Notes under the pieces: generated by a model
Databases searched by the model: none
Told to the model about the DNA's origin: nothing
The model's input: only the letters and a program-made list of their open reading frames with translations
IMG/VR virus record: IMGVR_UViG_3300025653_000245
Location: 1-25,188 of that record
Source: a virus
Taxonomy: Duplodnaviria; Caudoviricetes
DNA length: 25,188 nucleotides
Direction: 5' to 3' (one strand)
Shown: piece after piece, positions 1 to 7,800 of the stretch
How the letters are laid out: every line of letters starts with the position of its first letter
Position numbering within the stretch: the stretch's first letter is position 1
Program-made: the position numbers and the translations under genes

Positions 1-24
1 TGCCCCCGATTATGCCCCCCCCCG

Positions 25-121
25 TATATAAAATCAATGGGTCCCAGTAAGCTATAAACGACCCAGATCGACTTCGTTATTTCTCTCTCATAAAAAATTT
101 TTTTCATATATAAAATCAATG
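25..121. repeat. 15-bp perfect direct repeat TATATAAAATCAATG (25-39 and 107-121) enclosing a TGGGTC/GACCCA inverted repeat (38-43/60-65) and an A6T6 palindrome (92-103)
   Basis: Read directly from the sequence. Preceded by TGCCCCC x2 (1-7, 13-19) with a C9 run at 15-23. Function unknown. Confidence 0.85.
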
Positions 122-136
122 ACAGAACTCAAAAAT

Positions 137-307
137 ATGCAAAAAAATCCCGAGGAAAATTTTACGACTGTAGAGGTCGATCCAGTGACTGGAGAGTATT
201 ATGTTGTGATACCACAGTGGATTTGCGATGAGAAGGGGTGGTATGAAGGCACGGAGATTAATATTGAAGTTGAGAATGATTGCATTGTAATCACAAGTAT
301 TGACTGA
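137..307 (+). CDS. Small AbrB/MazE/SpoVT-like swapped-hairpin domain protein (56 aa; alternative start 119, 62 aa)
   Basis: YYVVIPQWICDEKGWYEGTEINIEVENDCIVI fits the AbrB/MazE pattern (VxIP...lg...Gd.v.i.v....IvI). The start at 119 lies inside the direct repeat, so 137 is preferred, but the choice is uncertain. Confidence 0.65.
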   Translation: MQKNPEENFTTVEVDPVTGEYYVVIPQWICDEKGWYEGTEINIEVENDCIVITSID

Positions 308-328
308 GCATAGATAATACTGTATGAT
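300..328 (+). promoter_or_regulatory. Sigma70-type (early) promoter TTGACT-N17-TATGAT
   Basis: -35 TTGACT at 300-305, 17-nt spacer, -10 TATGAT at 323-328, 22 nt upstream of the ATG at 351. Confidence 0.7.
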
Positions 329-350
329 ACTGATGTAGTTACTTACAGTT

Positions 351-1109
351 ATGGCTAAAGGATTTACTGTTAAAGCAAAGACACCGACGCCTTCTCAGAG
401 CACGCAAGAGTGGGATTATGAGAAAGCAAAAGAAATGGTAAGGGGCAAGGCAATTGTATTTTGTCTTCCTGGTAGAGGTGTTTCATATACTTACTTAAAG
501 AATTTTGTTCAACTTTGCTTTGACTTAGTGCAAGCAGGGGCGAGCATCCAGATTTCGCAAGACTATTCCTCCATGGTTAACTTTGCAAGATGCAAGTGTC
601 TTGGAGCAAACGTTCTGCGAGGACCGGATCAACTTCCCTGGGATGGTAAGTTGGAATATGATTGGCAACTTTGGATTGACTCTGACATTGTGTTCAATAC
701 TGAAAAGTTCTGGCAATTAGTTCTTATGGAAAAAGATATTGCAAGTGGATGGTATTGCACAGAAGACGGCAGAACGACCTCAGTGGCGCACTGGATGGAG
801 GAGGATGACTTCCGTAACAATGGTGGAGTAATGAATCACGAAACGCTTGAGAGCATCTCCAAGCGTCGTAAACCGTTCACTGTGGATTATGTTGGATTTG
901 GATGGTTGCTGATTAAGAAAGGAGTCTTCGAGAACGAAGGCATGAAGTATCCTTGGTTTGCACCAAAGATGCAAGTCTTTGAATCTGGAGAGGTTCAGGA
1001 TATGTGTGGAGAGGATGTAAGTTTCTGTCTCGATGCGATTGCATCAGGATTTGAGATTTGGTGTGATCCTCGTATCAGAGTTGGTCACGAGAAGACTCGT
1101 GTGATTTGA
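351..1109 (+). CDS. GT-A fold (GT2-like) glycosyltransferase-like protein, conserved cyanomyophage type (252 aa)
   Basis: N-terminal IVFCLPG strand, VNFARCK (cf. 'aRN' motif), LWIDSDIVF DxD motif, GFGWLLIKKGVFE, CGEDVSFC catalytic-base-like motif and C-terminal RVGHEK are all typical of GT2-like GT-A enzymes. Confidence 0.75.
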   Translation: MAKGFTVKAKTPTPSQSTQEWDYEKAKEMVRGKAIVFCLPGRGVSYTYLKNFVQLCFDLVQAGASIQISQDYSSMVNFARCKCLGANVLRGPDQLPWDGKLEYDWQLWIDSDIVFNTEKFWQLVLMEKDIASGWYCTEDGRTTSVAHWMEEDDFRNNGGVMNHETLESISKRRKPFTVDYVGFGWLLIKKGVFENEGMKYPWFAPKMQVFESGEVQDMCGEDVSFCLDAIASGFEIWCDPRIRVGHEKTRVI

Positions 1110-1273
1110 TGAAAAAGCAGACGAAGTATACAATTCTCCATAAAGGGAATGTTTTATACAAGAACTTGACGGAAGAAGAATACTTTGATATGATGGATGA
1201 TCTGTCGGTAGAATACTATCAGACAGGTTCTCCAAGACCTCAAGATCTTGAAACAAAAATTTTAGAATTTTAA
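1109..1273 (+). CDS. Small hypothetical protein, 54 aa (MKKQTKYTILHKGNVLYKNLTEEEYFDMMDDLSVEYYQTGSPRPQDLETKILEF); not in the ORF track
   Basis: ATG overlaps the upstream stop (TGATG at 1107-1111). Open to TAA at 1271-1273. Fills the gap between neighbouring genes. Confidence 0.8.
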   Translation: MKKQTKYTILHKGNVLYKNLTEEEYFDMMDDLSVEYYQTGSPRPQDLETKILEF

Positions 1274-1291
1274 AAAGGAGCACTAAGTATT

Positions 1292-1444
1292 ATGGCAGTT
1301 CGTTCGAAAGTGGGTCTGAACAAAAGCGATTTTATGCCTGGGAAGCCTAAAAAGTCTCGTCAAGGGAACGGAAAGAATACCAAGTATGCGGCGACCTCGC
1401 GTAACTCGGCTCGCAAAATGTATCGAGGGCAAGGCAAAGGTTGA
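1292..1444 (+). CDS. Small highly basic protein, 50 aa (MAVRSKVGLNKSDFMPGKPKKSRQGNGKNTKYAATSRNSARKMYRGQGKG); not in the ORF track
   Basis: AGGAG at 1276-1280 upstream of ATG 1292. Stop TGA 1442-1444 overlaps the next ATG. 9 K + 5 R against 1 D. The C-terminal YRGQGK resembles small basic phage proteins I recall from marine T4-like phages. Confidence 0.82.
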   Translation: MAVRSKVGLNKSDFMPGKPKKSRQGNGKNTKYAATSRNSARKMYRGQGKG

Positions 1445-2127
1445 TGATTGATGATGATACACAGGCATGGGAAGCGTACCCACAATATCGTTGGGTATTC
1501 AATAAACTTGAAGTCGCAATGCGCTTTGGTTATGAATGTGGACCTGCTTGTGTACCAATCAAAAGAAAGGGTAATTACATTATAAGACCCATCTACAACT
1601 TATTCGGACAAGGTATTGGTGCTAAAAAACAATACCTTGATCCAGAATTACATACTGAAGATATGATTCTTCACAAATATGTCTCCCCTGGGTATTTCTG
1701 GTGTGAATACTTAGAGGGAGATCATTTTAGTATTGACTATAAACGCGAAAATGGGAGTTGGATACCATTTAGTGCGATGATCGGTAATCATGAGACTGAA
1801 AATAATCTAACAAGATTTGAAGTTTGGCAGAAAGTAGAGTTACCAAACTTCGAATTACCCAGTTTTATTCATGAAATAGATGTAGATTACTTGAATATTG
1901 AGTCAAAAAATGAAAAACCATTTGAGATTCATCTTAGAACTGGAAATGATCAGATATGGAATCTTCCCATGGGGTCAAAAGTCTATCCAATATGGGATGA
2001 AAAAGATTTAAATAAGAAAAATGGCATGAAATTCTCCCCCAACCACGAGTCAGATATCCGCTTTTACTCAGCAGATGGTCATTTGAGTGATGTGAGGAGA
2101 GGATTTTATGTTGAAGAGGTAAAATAA
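1444..2127 (+). CDS. Hypothetical protein with degenerate ATP-grasp-like motifs (227 aa)
   Basis: ATG at 1444 is coupled through TGATG (the track start 1441 is TTG). YIIRPIYNLFGQGIGA resembles vvKP..g.g.Gv, FWCEYLEGDHFSIDY resembles lvqEyi.G.e.svD, and LNIE...FEIHLRTG resembles nvE...EiNpR.g. The CDS is secure; the fold call is moderate. Confidence 0.6.
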   Translation: MIDDDTQAWEAYPQYRWVFNKLEVAMRFGYECGPACVPIKRKGNYIIRPIYNLFGQGIGAKKQYLDPELHTEDMILHKYVSPGYFWCEYLEGDHFSIDYKRENGSWIPFSAMIGNHETENNLTRFEVWQKVELPNFELPSFIHEIDVDYLNIESKNEKPFEIHLRTGNDQIWNLPMGSKVYPIWDEKDLNKKNGMKFSPNHESDIRFYSADGHLSDVRRGFYVEEVK

Positions 2128-2187
2128 ATAGCAGTAAGGGATAGCAACCCCTATAAAAGTTCTGATTTTTATAAATCAGGAGCAAAA
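2123..2187 (+). promoter_or_regulatory. Late-promoter-like AATAAATA (2123-2130) followed by a structured 5' leader with two hairpins, the second overlapping the AGGAG ribosome-binding site
   Basis: AGGG/CCCT stem at 2137-2152. CTGATTT-ttat-AAATCAG stem at 2162-2179, extendable to 2160-2181 with a G.U pair. AGGAG at 2178-2182, ATG at 2188. Confidence 0.55.
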
Positions 2188-2436
2188 ATGGGCAATTCAC
2201 CTGTAGATAGAGATAAAAATTACATGAGAGAGATGTGGGGAACATCAAATTTGATTACTGATTATTGGTCAATGCCACAATCAACGAATGATCCAGAGGA
2301 AAGAGTGCTTTCAGAGGTCATGCACGACACTGCACCACGTCATAATTTAAAAAAACAAAAAGAATTGCACGAAAAAATTCGCAATGATGAAGATTATGAT
2401 GATTGGGATTACGGAACTGAACCAATATACGGATAA
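2188..2436 (+). CDS. Conserved-type cyanomyophage hypothetical protein (82 aa) with acidic aromatic C-terminus
   Basis: Good SD (AGGAG) 5 nt before the ATG. Ends ...NDEDYDDWDYGTEPIYG. Lies directly upstream of gp25. Confidence 0.8.
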   Translation: MGNSPVDRDKNYMREMWGTSNLITDYWSMPQSTNDPEERVLSEVMHDTAPRHNLKKQKELHEKIRNDEDYDDWDYGTEPIYG

Positions 2437-2449
2437 TTTTAAAATTAGG

Positions 2450-2457
2450 TATAAATA
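2450..2457 (+). promoter_or_regulatory. T4-type late promoter TATAAATA (gp55 sigma)
   Basis: Exact consensus in the intergenic region, 22 nt upstream of the gp25 ATG. Confidence 0.85.
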
Positions 2458-2479
2458 AAATCAGAAAACTCTGGTTAAA

Positions 2480-2881
2480 ATGGCAATTCAGAGGGTATCT
2501 AGAGCATTTAAAGATATTAGTTTATCATTTGAACCCCATCCTATTACAAATGATTTACCTGTTCTTAAGAATGAGGCAGCGATTCGTAGGTCTGTGCGAA
2601 ATATTGTTCAAACAATACCCACTGAAAAGTTTTTTAACTCATTATTTGGTTCTGATGTAAGAGGAAGTCTATTTGAATTTGTGGATTTTGGAACCGCATC
2701 AGTAATAAGTGATCAAATTATAACCTCCGTTCAAAATTTTGAACCTAGAATTGATAATTTGCAGGTGGAGGTCATTCCATATCCAGATAGAAATGCTTTT
2801 GAGGTTACTGTCATTTATGAGATTGTTGGCCAAGAGTTTCCGACACAAGAATATTCGTTCCTTTTAGAGGCAACCAGATAA
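2480..2881 (+). CDS. gp25: Baseplate wedge subunit gp25 (GPW/gp25 family), 133 aa
   Basis: FKDISLSF..HP, AIRRSVRNIVQTIPTEKFFNSLFGS...SLFE and NFEPRI motifs of gp25. Located before gp6. Confidence 0.93.
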   Translation: MAIQRVSRAFKDISLSFEPHPITNDLPVLKNEAAIRRSVRNIVQTIPTEKFFNSLFGSDVRGSLFEFVDFGTASVISDQIITSVQNFEPRIDNLQVEVIPYPDRNAFEVTVIYEIVGQEFPTQEYSFLLEATR

Positions 2882-2882
2882 T

Positions 2883-4820
2883 ATGCCTTTTACTAAATTT
2901 ACAAACCTAGATTTCGACGAAATAAAAGAATCTATCAAGGATTATCTAAGAGCAAATTCCAATTTTACGGGATTTGATTTTGAGGGTTCTAACTTTTCTG
3001 TCTTAATTGATACGCTTGCATATAACACTTATATTACAGCATTTAACTCTAATATGATTGTTAATGAGTCGTTCTTAGACTCTGCAACTCTCCGTGAGAA
3101 CGTTGTATCGCTCGCTAGGAACATTGGGTATGTGCCAAGGTCTAGAGGGGCATCCAAGGCGAATGTGACGTTTACTGTAAATGTAACTGATACTGATACT
3201 GGATCGTTTGTTCTTAAGAGAGGTCTTGTTTGCGTTGGGGATACCAATGATTCTTCATATGTTTTCTCAATACCAGATGATATTAGAGTCACAACCACAG
3301 AAAATAATACTGTAGATGCTGGAAATAATATTGTTTATAGAAGAACGGCCACTTTTGATAGTGTAGAGATATTACAAGGAACATTTTTGACAAAGCAATT
3401 TACTGTTGATGGTTCTCTGGATCAAAAATTTGTATTGAATAACTCTTTTATTGATACGTCTACAATAAGAGTATACGTCAGAAGTGCCAATCAAGTTAGT
3501 GGTCTTGGTGCAGAATACAATTTGGTTGATGATATTACTAATATTCATGGGTTATCTCCAATATATCTAATTCAAGAAGTTCAGGATGAAAAATATGAGT
3601 TACTTTTTGGTGATGGATATTTTGGCAAAAAGTTAGAAAACGGTGATGTCATCACTGTAAACTACATTGTAACTGATGGTATAGATGGTAATGGAGTTTC
3701 TAATTTTTCATTCTCAGGAAGAATCGTAAATGGTGAAGAGACCTCTACTTTGACTCCAGATCCATTTACCGTCACTACAGTAAATGCCTCAAGGAATGGA
3801 TCTAATATTGAGTCATTAGAATCCATAAAATATTATGCACCCAAAATATATTCATCTCAAAGTAGAGCGGTAACGGCATCTGATTACGAAGCCATAATCA
3901 AAAAAATATATCCAGATACTCAATCAGTTTCTATTGTTGGAGGAGAAGAATTAGATCCACCAGAATATGGAACAGTTCAGATTTCCATCAAACCAAAAAA
4001 TGGAGATCTTATTTCCGATTTCAATAAAACAAAAATACTTTCAGAAATTAAAAAATATTCAATTGCAGGAATAAACCAAAAAATAGTTGATTTGAAAATT
4101 CTTTATGTTGAACTTGATACCTCGGTCTATTTTGATTCAAACAAAGTCACTTCATCAAGTGAATTAAAATCTCAAGTTACATCAGCATTAACTCACTATT
4201 CAAATAGCTTAGACCTTAATAAGTTTGGTGGAAGATTTAGATATAGTAAGGTTCTTAGTGTAATTGATTCAACTAATAAGGCAATCACTTCAAATATTAC
4301 CAAGGTAAAAATTAGAAGAAACATTCAGGTTCTCCCAAATCAATTCACACAATATGAATTATGTTTTGGTAATCAATTTCATGTTAACAAAGAAGGATTC
4401 AATATAAAGTCAACTGGATTTACAGTTGCAGGAAACTCTTCTTTAGTATACATAACGGATATTCCAAATAGTGACTTAAAATCTGGAGTGCTAAGCATTG
4501 TAAAAAAGGGTAGTGAAGGAACAATAAGTGTTGTTGCAAAATCCGCAGGAACAGTTGATTATGTTACGGGAGAAGTAAATCTTTCAACAATAAATATAAC
4601 CTCAACAGAAAAGTCTGGGAACATTATTGAAATACAAGCATTCCCAGAATCGAATGATGTAGTAGGTCTAAAAGACCTTTATTTGCAATTGGATATTTCA
4701 AAAACTAAAATAAATATGTTAGAAGATGTAATTGCATCAGGCGAAGAAAAATCTGGAGTTGTTTTCTCTAGAGATTCCTATACATCAAGTTATTCAAACG
4801 GCAGTTTAAACAGACAGTAA
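2883..4820 (+). CDS. gp6: Baseplate wedge subunit gp6, 645 aa
   Basis: LDFDEIKESIKDYL..FTGFDFEGSNFSVLIDTLAYNT..NESFLDSATLRENVVSLARNIGYVPRS, YELLFGDG..GK and QSRAVTASDY are T4 gp6/baseplate-J signatures. Confidence 0.95.
   Translation: MPFTKFTNLDFDEIKESIKDYLRANSNFTGFDFEGSNFSVLIDTLAYNTYITAFNSNMIVNESFLDSATLRENVVSLARNIGYVPRSRGASKANVTFTVNVTDTDTGSFVLKRGLVCVGDTNDSSYVFSIPDDIRVTTTENNTVDAGNNIVYRRTATFDSVEILQGTFLTKQFTVDGSLDQKFVLNNSFIDTSTIRVYVRSANQVSGLGAEYNLVDDITNIHGLSPIYLIQEVQDEKYELLFGDGYFGKKLENGDVITVNYIVTDGIDGNGVSNFSFSGRIVNGEETSTLTPDPFTVTTVNASRNGSNIESLESIKYYAPKIYSSQSRAVTASDYEAIIKKIYPDTQSVSIVGGEELDPPEYGTVQISIKPKNGDLISDFNKTKILSEIKKYSIAGINQKIVDLKILYVELDTSVYFDSNKVTSSSELKSQVTSALTHYSNSLDLNKFGGRFRYSKVLSVIDSTNKAITSNITKVKIRRNIQVLPNQFTQYELCFGNQFHVNKEGFNIKSTGFTVAGNSSLVYITDIPNSDLKSGVLSIVKKGSEGTISVVAKSAGTVDYVTGEVNLSTINITSTEKSGNIIEIQAFPESNDVVGLKDLYLQLDISKTKINMLEDVIASGEEKSGVVFSRDSYTSSYSNGSLNRQ
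4709..4716 (+). promoter_or_regulatory. Candidate late promoter AATAAATA embedded in the 3' end of gp6, serving gp7
   Basis: One mismatch to TATAAATA, about 105 nt upstream of the gp7 ATG. The AT-rich background makes a chance match possible. Confidence 0.4.
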
Positions 4821-4821
4821 T

Positions 4822-7800
4822 ATGATACAGACTGGATTTGAATCAAGAATTAAGGTTCAAGATATTGTTCAAAATCAATTACCAAGTTTTATTTTGGATG
4901 AAAATCCAAAGACAGAGGATTTTTTAAGGCAATATTATATTTCTCAAGAGTATCAAGGTGGCCCAATAGACATTGCAGAGAATTTAGATCAATATTTAAA
5001 GTTAGATAATTTAAAACCAGAAGTTATTGTAGACAATACTTTATTAGAATCATCAATATCTGAAAGTGATACTACAATTAGTGCTTCAAGCACTAAGGGA
5101 TTTCCAGAGTCGTATGGATTATTAAAGATAGATGATGAAATTATTACTTATACCGGAATAACTACAAATTCTTTTGTTGGATGTATTCGTGGGTTTAGTG
5201 GAATAACGACATATCATCAAGATCTCAATCAAAATGAATTAGTATTTTCCAAATCATCCGCGACTTCTCATACCAGTAATTCTTCAATCAAAAATTTAAG
5301 TTCATTATTTTTAAAAGAATTCTATAAGAAATTTAAATATTCTTTTGCTTCTGGATTTGAAGACAAAAAAATATATGAAGATGTAAATGCAGGAAACTTC
5401 TTAAAAGAGATTAAATCCCTGTATTCAACAAAGGGAACAGATGAATCCTTTAAAATTCTTTTCAAGGCTTTATTTGGGCAAACGCCAGAAATTATAAATT
5501 TAGAAAAATATCTTTTGAAACCATCTGATGCAGAATTTTTGAGACGAGAAGTCTTAGTTGTAGAGGCAATTTCTGGTAATCCACTCAATCTTTTAGGTCA
5601 ATCAATATTTAAATCTACAGATAAAACCACACAGGCATCAGTTTCATCCGTAGAAAATTTTACAAGAAGAGGAAAGACATACTATAAGTTGTCTCTCTTT
5701 GTTGGTTACGGTGACAAATCAAATATTCAAGGATTATTTGATATTACACAGAGTACGAAGTGCTTGGAAGAAACTTTAGCAGGATCCACAGTTTTATCAG
5801 TAGATTCTACTATTGGATTCCCACAGAGTGGAACTATATTCTCTGGAAATAATATTATTTCATATTCTAATAAGAGTGTTAATCAGTTTTTGGGTTGTTC
5901 TGGAATTGAAAGCACTATTTCTGCAACAGATAATGTAAGATCTAATGAAACTTATTATGGTTATGAAAATGGAGATACCTCTAAAAAAGTTGAATTTAGA
6001 ACAACTGGCGTTTTATCAAAATTTATTCCAAAATCGAAATCAATCTTTGCCGAAGAGGGGCAAATTCTATCAATAAAAAGTCTTGGTGAACGTGTAATTA
6101 ACAGAGAAACTAATAATAATTATAAAGAAACTTTTGCAAATAGTTGGATTTATAATACATCATCTACGGTTGAGATAGATTCTTTTACTAATGGTGGTGT
6201 TATTTTAAAGTCTGTGGTAGATAAATCTCAATTTAAAGTTGGTGATAAAGTAGAAATTATAGATTCATATAGTGGAGAAATTAAATATCCGACTCAATCT
6301 GATGACATTCCATATATTTCTTCCTTTGATAGAAGTTCTTTATTACTTTCTTTGAACAATTTCAGCAATTTTATTTCAGAATCTTCAGGAGTTTATTCCA
6401 TTCGAAGAAAAATAAACAAAGCATCAAGTGATTCGGTTTCCATCGAATATGGAAATAATAAAATTATCTCAGATATTCAAAATGTTTATTTTGATGAAGA
6501 TAATTTTGCATATGTAGCATCCAATTCTTTACCATCATCAAAGGATTTTGAAAATATTTCATATACTTATAATCTAAGTGCATTTTTAAATAGTTCTTCT
6601 ATCAATCAAAATAGTGGTCAATTGTCTGATGTTGATGAAGAATATAGTCTAACTTCAGAAACTAAAGTATATACTTCTATACAATTTGATCAAAAGGTAA
6701 ACTTTGTAACTGGAGATAGTATTTACTATGAACCAGAAAATAGTTCTATCGCTGGATTAACAACAGGAACATATTATGTTGAAGTTGTAAAAACTTCCGA
6801 TCCATCCACAAATAAAAGAAAGATAAAGTTGTATGGATCTAGATCATTTATTGGTGATAATGCAAATTCTATAAGACTTTCTTTTCCCAATGGAATAGAT
6901 GGAAATCATAATTTTACATTATCTTCACAAAAATCAAAATCCATATTGCCAAACAAAAAATTTAAAAAATTTAAATTAGAGCAAAATTTAAATGATGGAA
7001 CTAAAGAAAAAACAATTCCTGGAAGCATTGGTATGCTTATCAATGGAGTTGAAATTGATAATTGGAAAGTTAATGATATAGTTTATTATGGTAATTTAGT
7101 TAGAGTTGAGATTTTAAATGGTGGCGATGAATTTGATGTTATAAACCCACCAAAGTTAGAGGTTTCCTCTGGAGCAGGAACTACTGCTCTAGTTCAACCA
7201 GTTGTTAAGGGATCGGTAAAGGAGATACTAATTGATGAGAAAGATTTAATTGTAGAAAAAGTCTTATCAATCAATGTTTCTGGTGGAAATGGAACTGGTG
7301 GAATTTTTAAACCAATATTGTCTAAGAAAAGAATTGAAGTATTATTTGATGCTAGAACCACAACTAATGGGGGCGGAATTAGCACAACAACATCACAACT
7401 CACATTTTTAACCAATCACAATTTTGTTAATGGTCAAGAAATTATATACAGAAATTCTGGTCAAACATCAATTCTAATAGGTGCTGGAACATCTTCTTTG
7501 ATTGATAATAAATCATACTATGTTAGAGTTGATAATAATACAACTGTAAAATTATATGAGAATTTAGATGATTATAATTCAAATAATTTTATAACTTTTG
7601 AACCAACTTGGGGAGAGGGTGGAATTCAAAAGTTTGTTTTTAATGAAATTAATAACATTTTAAGCGATATTCAGATTATTGATGGTGGAGAATTTACTAA
7701 TAGAAAATTGATCGTAAAATCTTCCGGCATATCAACTACAAGAAATACAATTAATTTTGAAAATCATGGATTTTCTACTGGCGAACTCATTGAGTATTCT

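Noticed and set aside
25-121. Direct repeats read as a mini CRISPR array or att site
   Set aside because: Only two 15-bp copies with a 67-nt gap, and no cas or integrase gene in the window.
137-1109. AbrB-like gene plus next ORF read as a type II toxin-antitoxin pair
   Set aside because: The downstream ORF has GT-A motifs and its own promoter, and does not resemble MazF, VapC or Doc.
1283-1289. CTAAGTA as a variant late promoter
   Set aside because: It is too close to ATG 1292 and lies downstream of the SD, so a transcript from it would lack the start context.
2137-2152. Hairpin read as a rho-independent terminator
   Set aside because: The stem is short and is followed by ATAAAA rather than a U-tract; kept only as part of the leader finding.
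525-2248. Minus-strand ORFs of 63-104 aa (525-716, 629-820, 780-974, 1044-1283, 1283-1483, 1934-2248)
   Set aside because: They lie antisense to well-supported + strand genes, including the two micro-ORFs, and show no recognisable motifs.
4589-4596. Additional AATAAATA inside gp6 and similar matches inside the long genes
   Set aside because: Expected by chance in AT-rich DNA and not positioned near a gene start.
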